Below, one piece after another: positions 50,452-64,000 of a DNA stretch of 64,000 nucleotides (positions are counted from its first letter, which is position 1; every line of letters begins with the position of its first letter). The stretch lies in contig OZ024743.1 in assembly GCA_964016885.1 (NCBI GenBank), positions 31,806,001 to 31,870,000 on the forward strand, in the 5' to 3' direction. The translations under genes were made by a program, and so were the position numbers. The notes beneath the pieces were generated by a model. The model was not told the origin of the DNA. It made no database searches and saw nothing but the letters and a program-made list of their open reading frames with translations. This DNA is from Eledone cirrhosa. Taxonomy: Eukaryota.

Positions 50452-51263
50452 CTACTGTTTCCAAGATCTCATCCAAATACTTACGCTACAATGTCTTTTG
50501 CCAAATTCGTCAGTTTGAAATCGAATACTCGAAAGGAAATTATGGCCCTTTCTGTGATTCTTATGCAATCATGTTATTTTAGACTAATTTCAATGACACA
50601 TAATGTATAAAACCTATCTGTATTCATAGCAGTGAATAATATTTATCCAGTTTTGAAACGTTTTATTTGTGTAACCTAAGATCCCAATCAAGAATTTAGG
50701 GAAGCGCCTCACGGCTAAGCATATGGTCCTCGGGGTTGTTACTTTGCGCGTGATACTACTCTCCTCGTGCATATCTTGATCTCTTTGAAAACTATTGGAA
50801 ATGTCAATCAAATTTATAATGACTATCACCAATATAGCCGCGTGATAAATATGTTTCTCCTAATCCAAATATTAAAACATCAGTTATATTATAATCCAAT
50901 CTGAATTATCTATCTGGTAATTATGTTGCTATTATTTATACTGATACCCGTCATTTTACCTGTCTTTTTTTATTCCCCTAAGGTCCAACAGAGCCGATTG
51001 TAATAATTCCTAAACCTAGTTTAACTGACAAATTTATTAGGATCCTTTATCATGTTTACATAAAGTAATGACACAGTTTGCATTACTATGTACTCCTATT
51101 TAATTTTTAAAAGCCACTAGCTCAAAAGAAATAGAAACATTGTAATGGATTATAAACACTTAACCATTTACTTTTTTTATATGTTCTAGTTGATATGTTA
51201 GATGAAATGTTGGCATTTAAATCTTGAATTAGCCACAATTCTCATGAAACATACATTTAAATA

Positions 51264-51863
51264 TATCGGGTGTTTTCATTTACATTCATTATAACACGCA
51301 CTCGATCATCAATGCATGTCATAGATGTAGATTGTGGGCAAAACGGCACATTGAGCTGAAGTAACTAATACTCCATTTGACAGAGAGTGAAATACACCGC
51401 CTTGAACTCTACATGTATACACAACATCTCTGTCCGAGAACAAACTCCTCAATGGTGTGTTTTAACAGAACACACGAGAGGTTCTTTATTGTCGTGGCGC
51501 TACATTAGTGTAGTATAGTCACAGCTTTGGTGAACTCTGACTTAATTTCATTAATAACATAGACCAAAGTTAGACACAGCTGTAAATATGAGCTAAATGC
51601 ATATATAATTATTTATCTACATAGGATATATATGTAACTGTTAACATCTTGGTATATATACAGTACAGAGTATTTAAGAATTGGATTTGTGTATTCACCG
51701 ACTGCCAATGTTTTGCATTGCACATTACATACCTATATGTAACTTAGAAAGTAAACTACGCTACTTTGTTTCGGGCGAGGTGCACAAAAAAACAGAAAGA
51801 AAGGGTGCAACGAACTATACAATAATACAATGTATTGTTTTATTTCTAAGAAACACACCCGAC
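51264..51863. mobile_element. possible Tc1/mariner-type non-autonomous element
   Basis: Short imperfect inverted termini TCGGGTGTTTTC / GAAACACACCCGA. Confidence 0.3.
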
Positions 51864-52509
51864 ACACAATAAATTTAGAAACACGTAAAATTTATATTAC
51901 AGGCTAAACTACTTCTAGCGGGCAAGGTCACACCATGAATACCACGCACCCGCACACAATGTTATTTATTTATATGTTTCTATATGTCTATGGTTGATGT
52001 GGTGTCAGGGATTCAATGAAAGGGTCGATGATCTAAAACGGAAGAGGTGTCCTGATGCAGAAGCTTGCCCGTCAGCATAAACATTACAAAGATATATTTT
52101 AACTACCTTGGTGTCAAGGCTACGATTAATGAACTGAATTCAGCTGTCAAAAAAATCAGTTTTTCATCTACAAGACTTAAATTAGGCGTGAAACGCGTTT
52201 ATGAAATTCAAATTTATGTGGAATCTGTCATAAAGTTCATATATAAAATAGAATCAAATGTGTGTACTCGGCGAATTTAATTGAGCTAATATTTGCTTTC
52301 CACAAACGATGACATATAAAGCTGTTTGATTTTGAAATGTAATTAATCCCTTGAAATATAATATCTCTTATATAGAAACTGATGATGAATTCAGCAAAAT
52401 TGCTGCCAATTCATAACGTAATAACAATAATTTTCAGCTTAAAATGACACATTTCCCTAAATATAAATAGATTATATATATTACATATATATATATATAT
52501 ATGGAGAGG

Positions 52510-52575
<66 letters not shown>

Positions 52576-52706
52576 GAGAGAGATAGATAGACAGAAAGAC
52601 ATGTAAAATCCCAACTACAGGAAGGATGTATGCGTGTATTCATATTCATACAGAGTGGAGAATGATCATGCGCACACGTGAAAAGACCTATGTGTATGTA
52701 TGTGTA

Positions 52707-52761
<55 letters not shown>

Positions 52762-52762
<1 letters not shown>

Positions 52763-52897
52763 GAATTAGCCGTCGAAACGGCTTGAGCTCAGCTGTCGGG
52801 GTCTTACTCGTTCCTATTACCCACTCTACTACCTCAAGTATTGAGTACTTTGGTGCGTTACGGTCCACATGGTTCCTTACCACATTTCCTTCGTTAT
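52762..52897 (+). mobile_element. family P1 copy without fold-back
   Basis: GCCGTCGAAACGGCTTGAGCTC..GGTTCCTTACCAC, between (TA)n runs. Confidence 0.8.
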
Positions 52898-52915
52898 ATA
52901 TATATTATATATATA

Positions 52916-52958
<43 letters not shown>

Positions 52959-53101
52959 ATCTCTCTCTCTATTTCTATATATATATATATAAGTGGTTAC
53001 ACAACAGTTAGTTCACCATACCGAGAACAATTGTTTCACCTTACGGATCCTCAGCTCGCAATGGACATGGTTATGCGGAACAGTAACGACAACCGTACGA
53101 A

Positions 53102-53113
53102 TGCGCATGCGCA
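53102..53113. promoter_or_regulatory. NRF1/Ewg-type palindrome TGCGCATGCGCA in a CpG-richer patch
   Basis: Exact consensus match. Function is inferred only. Confidence 0.35.
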
Positions 53114-54162
53114 GAAACGATCACTTCGCACAGGCAATACTAAATTGCTTGCGAGAGGTGTAAGGGAGATAACTGAAAGTTTCTAGTTGATAAGAAAATT
53201 AGAATCTTGTAATTCAATCCGGACTTTGTAGTTATGTAAGAGGTGTTACCAGACGTGTGGACAACGTGTGAAGAATTCATTTCTCGTGTTCAGGCAATCA
53301 CTATTGAGTAATCTCTTTAGAATATTTATTTGTTCATCAATACATAGTCCACACGACGGATTGCCCCTTGCGTATGGCTTGGACTTAGTGATGGCTTTCC
53401 ATTGAATGGAGTAGTCTATACTTGAGTCCCGGAGGGACCATACGTGGCTCGCGAGTTTCGTGGATGAACGTCTGTCCGGTTACCTAAAGGTCGACTGGTG
53501 GTTCAGGAAGCGTTCCTTAAATCGGCCGTCCGCCATAACCTCCTAACTCGTTCAATGGACTGAGTGCTCTACCACAACGGATATTACCTTCCAGTGTTCT
53601 ACCACTATATCTATATATATATATATATGCCATTGCGATTGTTGCAGGTTCCACCATCCTCACCATTAATTGATTTGACATCTGTCAATAACCCATTGAT
53701 ACAAAACATTATTTCGCCAGAGCCTAATATTACAGCCACTTAATGTTATCCCTTTGTTTACTTAGAATAAACTAACCATTAAAAAGGCTGGGTGTTTGTA
53801 TGTATGTGTGTCTACTGGTATTTAAGTGTCAATGTGAACCACGCCTTTTATCTGTGCCATTGTATTAATGTGTATATTTCTAAAAGTATTTTTTTCAAAT
53901 AACCCTTGTTCTTTAAAATCACTTGGCCAATGACTTCTACGCATCCTCAAAATTACCACCTTCGCCCACCACCAGAAAACATACAAGTACATAAATACCA
54001 CCTTATTACAATGATAATTACCTTTCCTAGTGATTTCCTCCGAATGAAACTGTGTTCGCCCTGTAGAAGCCATTTCTATAATTTTACACACTACAAAGGT
54101 ATTGACTACATTACTGTGGTTACCCCCAATTGAACCCGGGACGGACGCACACACGCACACAC

Positions 54163-54226
<64 letters not shown>

Positions 54227-54235
54227 CTACATCTG

Positions 54236-54299
<64 letters not shown>

Positions 54300-56502
54300 T
54301 TGATTTTTAGTTTAGTAAGTGCTATTCCCGAGCCATTGATCATACGGAGATTTTAGGTTAGACACAGGCTCAGTTTGCACACAGTTATTCAGCATCTCAC
54401 ACTACCCTTTAGAATTATCTTCCTAACAGAATGATTTAACGATTAATTGGTCTTTCTAAAAATTAACTCAAGCAATTTTTTATCCATTAATCAAATCCCA
54501 AGTACTTCAACATGATCCTCAAACTTTGATGGATACGGACTTCAATGTACAAATGTATGATTTCAATCACACTTTATTGATCTTGTTAATCTGGTTATTA
54601 TCTCTATTTCCGAAGTATACGACGACGTTGGTATTGTCTACGTATGCAGACAACACTTTCCAGTTACATAGTTAGAACGGGTTGATCCGCAATGAAACCT
54701 ATGTCCCCGTAACGCTTCAAAGTTCTAAATGTACAGCACTAGTAATACAAGGGAACCTTAGTATTTGGAACTCCTGGTGCCAAAGTGCTTCGTGTGTGGC
54801 CATGTTACCTGTCGTAATATGTAGTTACCACTTTTTAAGTCTACGATTGGGTCGAAATTAATTCAGAAAACAGAAATAGTTAACTTGCCGAAAGATATCA
54901 CTTGATCTATAGTCATTGGATTACTACGAATGTTATATACATATCCGACGTTGTCTACAGTGTCCCATATAGATATTCATGAATCAGGTAATTATTTTGA
55001 GCGAATACATAGTAAGCATAAAACCAAAATATTTGGTGACCTCTCTCCAAATACAATATCACATCACATGTACTATGTGGGACAGAGTTAATGCATAAAC
55101 TCCAGATTTTAAGTTGCTAATTATAGTGAAAATCTTTAAGAATCTCATGGCCCAAAGGTATAATCGTTGAAGACATATGCTGATTTGGGATGTTTACACT
55201 CTTCTAAAGTCATGCGTGAAAATATGTTAACGGATTCAAGCCAGAAATACGGATTGTTTCGAATGACAGCAATAAACGATTAAACCACACAACTAATATC
55301 TTTACAAATCTTCTCACTTATACCGCCCTACTTTGCTTCGATTTTTAAAAAAATCAGTTTTTTTTTCCAGAGACTGGGGAAATCAATATAATGTTTTAGA
55401 ATCAACATACTAAGATATAAAATTCTCGTGAATTGCCAAATAAAGCGTCTAAATATCTGTAATATATTGCATACATTTTATTTTCAAATAGTAAATCTTC
55501 GAAAGAAATTGATTCTGCATACAATTAGCTTAAAAACAATTCCTCTTTTGGTTAAAGTATGATGATTTAAACATTAAACTCAGAGCCGGCTCCTACTTTA
55601 ATTAAAATGAAAATTAATAGATATTGTACCTTTGGGTGTTATAGAACAGAATGGAAATCTCGTGGGGTTATTTATTTAGTAAGAAAAAATATATGATATA
55701 GGAATTGGGAAATAAATTTAGTTTTCTTCTAGAGAATTTTGTTACAAGGTGGAACTATTGTTAAAAACCTCATTTGATATTTAAATCTTTGCTTGTCAGA
55801 ATATCTAGAGCACACAGGCGGCATTTTCTCATACACTCGTATACTAAAAAGACTGAGAATCACACATTTTCGCGTCGAAACTATATACATATATATATAA
55901 TATAAAAGACATATGATGTGTACATATATATGTGTGTGTATAAAGGCATGTATGTATATATGTATGCATGTATGCACATAAGAATGTATATATGTACGTA
56001 TGTACGTATATATGTATATGTATTTATGTGTGTATGTATGTACGTATGTACGTATGCATGTAGGTATTATGTATGTACGTACGTATGGACGTATGTATGT
56101 ATATATGTATGTATGTACGTATGGACGTATGTATGTATTATGTATGTACGTATGGACGGATGTATGTATATATGTTTAAACAAAAACATCACCTAATGCG
56201 ATAGAGTACCATAGCATCGTCGGATAATTTAGCTAGTGAATTATATTCTAGAAAACAGTGTTGTTGTGGGAGTTTTTACAGCGTAAGTTAAAAAATCTTG
56301 CGGCGTCTGCTCAGGTTCCCTATATTGAAATCCTTATCAGATGCCGACGACCAGGGCTGATCATTCGGCCACGGCAACCGAATCAACAGCAGCAGCATTA
56401 TGATTATCATCGGCAACATCATACATCCCTATGCCCATTTTCATAATCATCATTGCAATTATCAATGATTTAACTCACGTTTACCAATGCTAACATATAT
56501 GA

Positions 56503-56648
56503 ACTGGTTAATAGGGGATATATGAGCGGCTTAGTAGGGGCTATATAAGCTCGTTAGTAGGGGATATATGAGCTGGTTAGTAGGGGCTATATAAGCTGGT
56601 TAGTAGGGGATATATGAGCTGGTTAGTAGGGGATATGTGAACTGGTTT
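56503..56648. repeat. 23-bp minisatellite, ~6 units, alternating variants
   Basis: GCTGGTTAGTAGGGGATATATGA / GCTGGTTAGTAGGGGCTATATAA. Confidence 0.9.
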
Positions 56649-56867
56649 GATCAAAGATAAAATTTATTCCAGTCGTGACAATTCTACAATGTTTCCAACG
56701 TACAATTGACTTAAACTCGCAATATCTAAAATGTGCTCTTATGTTATGAAAATAATCCAGTGTGATTTTAGGCAAATTTGGTTGCTACATTGAACAATAT
56801 AACCACCCACCTTGAGGATACTCGTTAGCTCACACACACACGCACCCATATATATATATATATATAT

Positions 56868-57377
56868 AACATGTAGCCCAGAATAACCTGTCGCATGGTC
56901 AGGCTGTCGGCGACTAAACCGGCAACCCCGCCAAGTTTACTTGGTGAGGAGGGTGTTTTTGGACACCCTGCAGGACAAAAAACAAAACCTGAGAAAGGGT
57001 GGAAGAACTCATAAGAGTCAACGACCATCCAAAACTGTGTAAATATGTATATACACATGTACCGCACGGTTAAACCACTGGGAGTGAAGGACCCCTAACC
57101 TTTGTCAGGGCATTCTTCTAGGAGAAGGCAACTCAGGAAATTGGGATAATTCTGATATAAGACCTGCGGCTCAGTAGTTACCGATGATGTTGATCTTTTC
57201 TTCTTTTCGGGTTATAGCTACTGTCGCTCAGAGAGTGGGATTGGCTCAGTGCACAGTCTTTCCTCACTTTAAAAAATATCTTCACGCACAGGCATTGCAT
57301 GATAGAATTAATTAATAATTATTAATAACGGTATATCGTGCAATGACCATACTCGATAACGAGGGGGCAGCCATCAT
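56868..57377 (+). mobile_element. RTE-related non-autonomous element R, copy 1
   Basis: GGCGACTAAAC and CTAGGAGAAGG..CTGATATAA motifs typical of RTE 5' UTRs. No ORF. (TGTA)n tail. Confidence 0.7.
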
Positions 57378-57499
57378 GTATATATGTATGTATGTACGTA
57401 TGTATGTATGTATGTATTATGTATGTATGTACGAATGTCGTATGTATATATGTATGTACGTATTGACGGATGTATGTATATATGTCAGGTCACCAGTTG

Positions 57500-58093
57500 G
57501 TGCTACTAGTAACATGTATCCCAGTACAACCTGTCTCATAGTCGGGTCGTTGGCGACTAAACTGGCAACCACACCAAGGTTTCTTGGTGAGGAGGGTGAC
57601 TTTGGACATCCTGCAGGACTAAAAACAAAACCTGTCAAAGGGCAAAGGCGCTCTTAAGAATCAATGGCCATCCAAAATCACCGGGAGAAAATCCCCTTAG
57701 CCTTTGTCAAGGCAGAATTCTAGGGGAAGGAAAACTCTGATATAACACCTGCAACCCTGATGGTATCCAATGATGTTGACTTGTTCTTCTTTTTGGTAAA
57801 TATCATCTTGGTTAAGAGAGTGGGACTGGCTTTGTTCAGTGCCTTTGCTCACTATAAAAGCTTCACAGCACAGGCATTGCTTTATATCTGGAGAGCTCTC
57901 TGCACTTGTTGTCACATGGTACCATGGGCCCAGCACTATGTGTCAATAATTGTCACAAGTGTAGTGTTTGTACCAGAGTTTTCATGTCGCTGGCTGGACT
58001 AAAAAGTCACACTTGTTCAGCGCATCAGTAAGGGTTCTCCTACATCGATATAAAGTAGTGGCCGTACTCAAAAACGAGTTGGCAGCCACCATG
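57500..58093 (+). mobile_element. element R, copy 2 (diverged subfamily)
   Basis: Same head as copy 1, different middle, same GGCAGCCA.CATGTAT end. Confidence 0.7.
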
Positions 58094-58329
58094 TATATAT
58101 GTATGTACGTATGGAGGTATGTATGAATATGTGTATGTACGTATGGAGGTATGTATGTATATATGTATGTATGAACGTATGGAGGTATGTATGTATATAT
58201 GTATGTACGTATGGACGTATGTATGTATATATGTACTTATGGACGTCTGGAGGTATGTATGTATATATGTATGTACCTACGGACGTATGTATGTATATAT
58301 GTATTTACGGACGTATGTATGTATATATG
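58094..58329. repeat. (GTAT)-derived complex satellite
   Basis: GTAT/GTAC/GGAC/GGAG/ATAT tetramers. Also present at ~56020-56175. Confidence 0.9.
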
Positions 58330-60283
58330 TTATCTGTTTCTCTTAATTTTGAGTATTTTTATTGACCGGCCACCTTCCTGGTGGCAAGGTTGTAAAAGAA
58401 AAGAAATTGTCATCCCTTGAATCGCAAGAATGTTTTGCAAATTTTGAAGGTGCCAGCTATCGCAGCCATTTGTAGACTATGAATTAGGGAGCAGCGCTCT
58501 TTGTCCGCCAATCAAAGTTCAGTCATATTTTGGTCCAAGCGGGTTGGTATATAACCCGTAGATCCAATAATGATGGATATGAAGCTAAAGGTGTATCTTG
58601 GATACTGGATTTGTAAACTCCTCATCAATGGTCCGTAGATGTCCTCCTTCTCCTGTATTTTTCTGACAACGTTTACACAAGTGGGCAGCTGATCTCCACA
58701 ACAGAACACGTTTTCAATGTGTGGTCCCAAACAACAATATCAGGCCGGTTGTGCTTTAATTTGGTGGCAGTTTCTATTTTCAGGCTCCACCAGTATTCCT
58801 TAGTGCCATCTGTCTCAATATATTCTTCCTCGTTTGTTCTTAATTTTGTTTTCCGAAGTGCGTTCCAGATGGTTCTAGCTATCCCATCGTGTCTCATGGG
58901 GAGGTAGTAGCGAGATGACATTCTTTCGCAGCTGGCAACAATGTGGCTTACATCCTCGATCTTTGTTTTACATATCCTACATTTATTGTCAGCTGATGGC
59001 TCTCCTTTTTTGTGCAGCAGATATTTGGTAGGGAGTTCTTGTTCCTGTATTGCATAGAGATATCCCTCAAGGTGTGATGTCATAAACTTGTCGGAACTCC
59101 ATGCCACGCTTTTTGAGTGGTTTATCCCCTCTATGGTCTGTGTTTTACGTCTCAAGTATCCATGCACAACTTTTTCTTTAAATTGGTCAGTTTTTTCATC
59201 TTGTTTGAACATTGAATAGGAACTTCCGATTTCTCTGGGTAAGAGATTTATATCAGGCTTTATTCCGAATCTCTCCTCCAGATCAGTCGCTATTCTAATG
59301 ATATTTTTTTTTCATGCTCTTAAACCTGGGCAAGATGGTTGCCAACCTTTTTCCTCTGTTGAAGGTGTTGCTTCAGTGTTACTATCCGGGTTTCATATGT
59401 TGTTAATATGGATTTTAGACCCCAGCCACCTTCATTGCGTGAGAAGTATAGCCTATCCACATCACCATTGATGTTAAAGTTCCCAGTAACACTGAAACAC
59501 TGAGAAGTTTGCGTGTTCTAACATCCATCTCACTTAGTTCTTGCAATGACCAGTTCAGCAGGCCAAATGTTGGCGTTAGAATTGGCACACCATAAGTATT
59601 GTGGGCAATGTATTTGTTGTACGCTGACAGTTCTGATGACCATATTTTCTTTACTCTTCTCAGGTATTCAGTTCTGGTTCTATCCTTATTTATGGGTCCA
59701 TCATATCTGACATTCTCATCCTGTCCAAGATATCTGTAGTTGCCACCTGACTGTAGAGGTTGTATTGTTAGGCCGTTCATCTCTAGATTTCTAGAGGAGT
59801 AACAGCTCTTCCACGTTTTACTGCCAAATATGCACACTTGGACTCACCAAATTTCATTTCGATGTCTGTTGAAAATTGTGTAATGCGGTCCAATTGTTTC
59901 TTGATGTCATTGATATTTGGCTCATACAACTTCAGGTCATCAACAAAGAAATCATGGGAGATACTTCTGGACCCACTTCTTTGTCCACCTTGTTACCTGA
60001 GTAGGTAAGATAGTGGATTTAGTGAGAGAACGAAGAGTAGCACTGACAAGCTATCACCCTGAAAGATGCCCTTCTGGTAATGTATCTTATCAGTCTTAAC
60101 CTGCTCCTTCTCACCTCTAAGGATCAAATTGGTGTACCAGTTCTTGGTCAGGCGTTCAACAGCAGCTACCAATGGTTGTGGGACTTTGTCTAACTGTAAA
60201 GCCTTAATAATCCACCCATGAGGTACACTATCAAATGCTTTTTGATAGTCCAGCCACAACACAGTCATGTTTCTGCGATTCTT
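58330..60283 (-). mobile_element. R4-like RLE retrotransposon family C, 5'-truncated, defective
   Basis: Motifs LDYQKAFDSVPH, IFQGDSLS, FFVDD, YRYLG, AIQEQ, CRIC..EDVSHI..C, RHD, NRPD. Stop at 58410-58412. Frameshifts. Confidence 0.9.
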
Positions 60284-61940
60284 GTACGTATGGACGTATG
60301 TATGTATATAAGTATGTATGTACGTATGGACGTATGTATGTATATATGTATGTACGTATGGACGTATGTATGTATATATGTATGTATGGACGTATGGAGG
60401 TATGTATGTATATATGTATGTACGTATGGACGTATGTATGTATATATGTATGTATGGACGTATGGGGGTATGTACGTATGGATGTATGTACGTATGGACG
60501 TATGTATGTATATATGTATGGACGTATGGAGGTATGTATGTATATATGTATGTACGTATGGACGTATGTATGTATATATGTATGTATGTACGTATGGACG
60601 TATGTATATATATATATGTATGTACGTATGGACGTATGTATGTATATATGTATGTACGTATGGACGTATGTATATATATATGTATGTATGTACGTATGGA
60701 CGTATGTATATATGTATGTATGGACGTATGGACGTATGTATGTGTATATGTACGTATGGACGTATGTATGTATATAAGTATGTATGTACGTATGGACGTA
60801 TGTATGTATATATGTATGGACGTATGGACGTATGTATGTGTATATGTATGTATGGACGTATGGAGATATGTATGTATATATGTATGTACGTATGGACGTA
60901 TGTATGTATATATGTATGTATGGACGTTTGTATGTATATATGTATGTATGGACGTATGGAGGTATGTATGTATATATGTATGTACGTATGGACGTATGTA
61001 TATATGTATGTATGTACGCATGGAGATATGTATGTATATATGTATGAACGTATGGAGATATGTATGTATATATGTATGTACGTATGGACGTATGTATGTA
61101 TATAGGTATGTACGGACGTATGGACGTATGTATGTATATATGTATGTACGTATGGACGTATGTATGTATATATGTATGTATGGACGTATGGAGGTATGTA
61201 TGTATATATGTATGTACGTATGGACGTATGTATGTATATATGTATGTACGCATGGAGATATGTATGTATATATGTATGTACGTATGGACGTATGTATGTA
61301 TATATGTATGTACGTATGGACGTATGTATGTATATAGGTATGTACGGACGTATGGACGTATGTATGTATATATGTATGTACGTATGGACGTATGTATGTA
61401 TATATGTATGTATGGACGTATGGAGGTATGTATGTATATATGTATGTACGTATGGACGTATGTATGTATATATGTATGTACGCATGGAGATATGTATGTA
61501 TATATGTATGTACGTATGGACGTATGTATGTATATATGTATGGACGTATGGACGTATGTATGTATATATGTATGTACGTTTGGACGTATGTATGTATATA
61601 TGTATGTACGTATGGACGTATGTATGTATATATGTATGTATGAACGTATCGACGTATGTATGTATATATGTATGTACGTATGGACGTATGTATATATATA
61701 TGTATATATGGACGTATGGAGGTATTTATGTATATATGTATGTACGTATGGACGTATGTATATATATATGTATGTACCTTTGGACGGATGTATGTATATA
61801 TGTATGTAAGTACGTATGGATGTATGTATGTATATATGTACGTACGTATGGACGTATGTATGTATATATGTATGTACGTATGGACGTATGTATGTATATA
61901 TGTATGTACGTATGGACGTATGTATGTATATATGTATGTA
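60284..61940. repeat. ~1.65-kb satellite, modal 32-bp unit GTACGTATGGACGTATGTATGTATATATGTAT
   Basis: Directly visible. Built from in-register tetramers. Confidence 0.97.
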
Positions 61941-62410
61941 ATGTTTGTATGTAAACCTTCGTGTCTTTCTGTGAGTGCCGTGGTCTGCTATTGTCTGGGG
62001 ACATGTAAATATTATCAGATGTAGAAATTTAAGAGTTGTTAAAAGTCAATATGTTATGTGCTCAGCGGAACTAATTCACCATTAACAAGAGAAACAAAAG
62101 TGTAGTAAATCTGTAGTAACACAATCATTAATAGTACCTCTAGAAACAGCAGTAAAATAAGAAAAGCAACTCCAACGTCGAATTAAAAAACAGTAATATA
62201 CGATATCTTCACACAATGTTTAATCTTTATGTAAACGGAACTGATTAATCGAGGAATCTGACCTCAAGTAGAAATAAAATCGGAAGTAATATTAGATAAG
62301 TGAATAACTTCAAGATTCTGTATTCTGAGGATGTTCAAAAAATATATTTTAAAATATATTAAAAGCATTAAAAGCAGTGACAATGAGTATATATATATAT
62401 ATATATATAT

Positions 62411-62708
62411 CGTTTTTGAATTTGTTTAGAAATATTGCTTAGCTGAAAACGTGTGTTGAAACCGATATTGTGATACTTTGGGAGGGTCATGTTGCCAATA
62501 AGAAACCAATAAGAAACACACGCACTAGTAATTTTCACTTCAATTTATTATAAATTTCCGGTTGGTTGGTTGGTTGGTTCTATAACCGGATGGTTGTCTA
62601 CATATTGTCAAAGTTCTTCCGTCACAAATTCTGTGACCTCTTCAGTGACTGGGGATTCTTTTCTTTATTTTTTTATTTTGTGCCTCTCCTTTGTTCTCTC
62701 CTACGCCA
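62411..62708. mobile_element. family P2 longest copy
   Basis: Joins the 28516-type segment to the 35760-type segment. Minus-strand CTGAAGA-stem at ~62607-62649. Confidence 0.7.
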
Positions 62709-62713
62709 TATAT

Positions 62714-62864
62714 ATAGGAACATATTTAACCCCGACGGCAGATCTCAAGCCGTTTCGAGCTCTGCCGTCGGGGTTAAACATTTTCCTATTACCCACTCTA
62801 CTACCCTCAATATTGAGTACTCTGGTGCGTTATGGTCCATCTGGTTCCTTACTACACTTGCTTC

Positions 62865-62868
<4 letters not shown>
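62714..62868 (+). mobile_element. family P1 copy with shorter fold-back
   Basis: TAGGAA..CCCCGACGGCAGATCTC / GAGCTCTGCCGTCGGGG..TTCCTA. Confidence 0.8.
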
Positions 62869-62956
<88 letters not shown>

Positions 62957-63051
62957 TATATACCAATGAAAGTGATGTATGTATGTATGTACATATATAC
63001 ATATATATATACATATGCATATGTATATGGGGGTGGGTTGAGTGTGTTAGT

Positions 63052-63085
<34 letters not shown>

Positions 63086-63705
63086 CATTCAATGCAACTG
63101 ACCATCATTCAAAAGAAGCACTCATTTCAAATTTCAAATGTTTCCAATGCTTCCTATGTCAACCTCAGTATGTAACAAATATGTATAAGATGTATAGCTA
63201 TGTTTACATATCTACAAAGACATAAAATTGAGTTTCCTCAATATAGCATTCCATATGTTATCAATATAATCTTATCAATATAGCATTCAAAGTTATTTAA
63301 TGTTATTTTTTATCACTTTTGAAACTTTCATGAACTCTTCCAGTTCATTTTATAAGCGAATTCGGTGTTTTTGTAAAGATCCAGTATAGTACTTCGTGTA
63401 GCATTTACAATACTGCTTCAGGAATAATATGTTTGCAGAATGATATATCATATAGAATATATATAAAAATGAAATAACACGTGAAAATGAATCACGTCAT
63501 ATACATTAAAATAGGCCATTTATATTTTAGATTTATTCCCCTGGATGTGGTCCTATGTAACGAGTAAACAAATGCATAAATAATTTTACAATCGTACAAA
63601 GCTGTGAATAACAGTAGCATATAAACACACTTATATATGTATATATATATATACACACACACTCACATATAAACACATTTTTATATATATGAATGTGTGT
63701 GTGTG

Positions 63706-63744
<39 letters not shown>

Positions 63745-63756
63745 ATATATATTTAT

Positions 63757-63952
63757 AACGAAGGAAGTGTGGTAAGAAAACGAGATGGACCATAACGCAC
63801 GTGAGTACTCAATACTTAGAGAAGTAGAGTGGGTAATAGGCAAATGTTTAACCCTGACGGCCGAGATCAAGCCGTTTTGACGGCTGTTTCTGGACTCAGA
63901 AATAGCCGCGAAACGGCTTGAGCTCTGCCGTCGGGGTTAAACTTTTGCCTAT
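63757..63952 (-). mobile_element. family P1 copy with fold-back
   Basis: Same as 29981-30172 but with centre GGACTC instead of GAGTCC. Confidence 0.8.
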
Positions 63953-64000
63953 ATATATATAAGAAATATAAATCTGAGTGCTTCGAACATTAATAATAAT

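Noticed and set aside
60284-61940. 32-bp repeats as a CRISPR array
   Set aside because: Contiguous tandem units with no unique spacers, no cas genes and a eukaryotic context.
60218-62024. Long ORFs (up to 406 aa) of YVCMY/HTYI repeats
   Set aside because: Stop-free translations of a tetramer satellite in all frames. The apparent fusion to RT in ORF 59993-61021 is just the 5' truncation junction of family C.

Overview
Eukaryotic, AT-rich, microsatellite-dense animal DNA. The SINE and repeat content looks cephalopod/Octopus-like, which is inference only. No prokaryotic genes, CRISPR, rRNA or true tRNA genes were seen, and most ORF-track entries are microsatellite or antisense artefacts. The main structure is a ~22.5 kb nest (4.8-27.4 kb) of non-LTR retrotransposons inserted into an (AAT)n/(ATT)n microsatellite. 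It holds nine copies or fragments of two R4/Dong-clade RLE families (A, B), one with an intact 1130-aa ORF. It also holds two inverted copies of an unclassified non-coding element X and a full-length Tx1/L1-clade element that uses the same microsatellite in the opposite polarity. The nest reads as two converging arrays with mirror order A-B-X-B. Elsewhere: a third R4-like family embedded in a (GTAT)-derived 32-bp satellite; several (TA)n-anchored palindromes carrying hammerhead ribozyme motifs (Penelope-like); a decayed Naiad-type Penelope RT/GIY-YIG; a tRNA-type SINE family whose 3' end matches that of the Tx1 element; mariner, RTE and CR1-like remnants; and a low-confidence chain of small minus-strand host exons.
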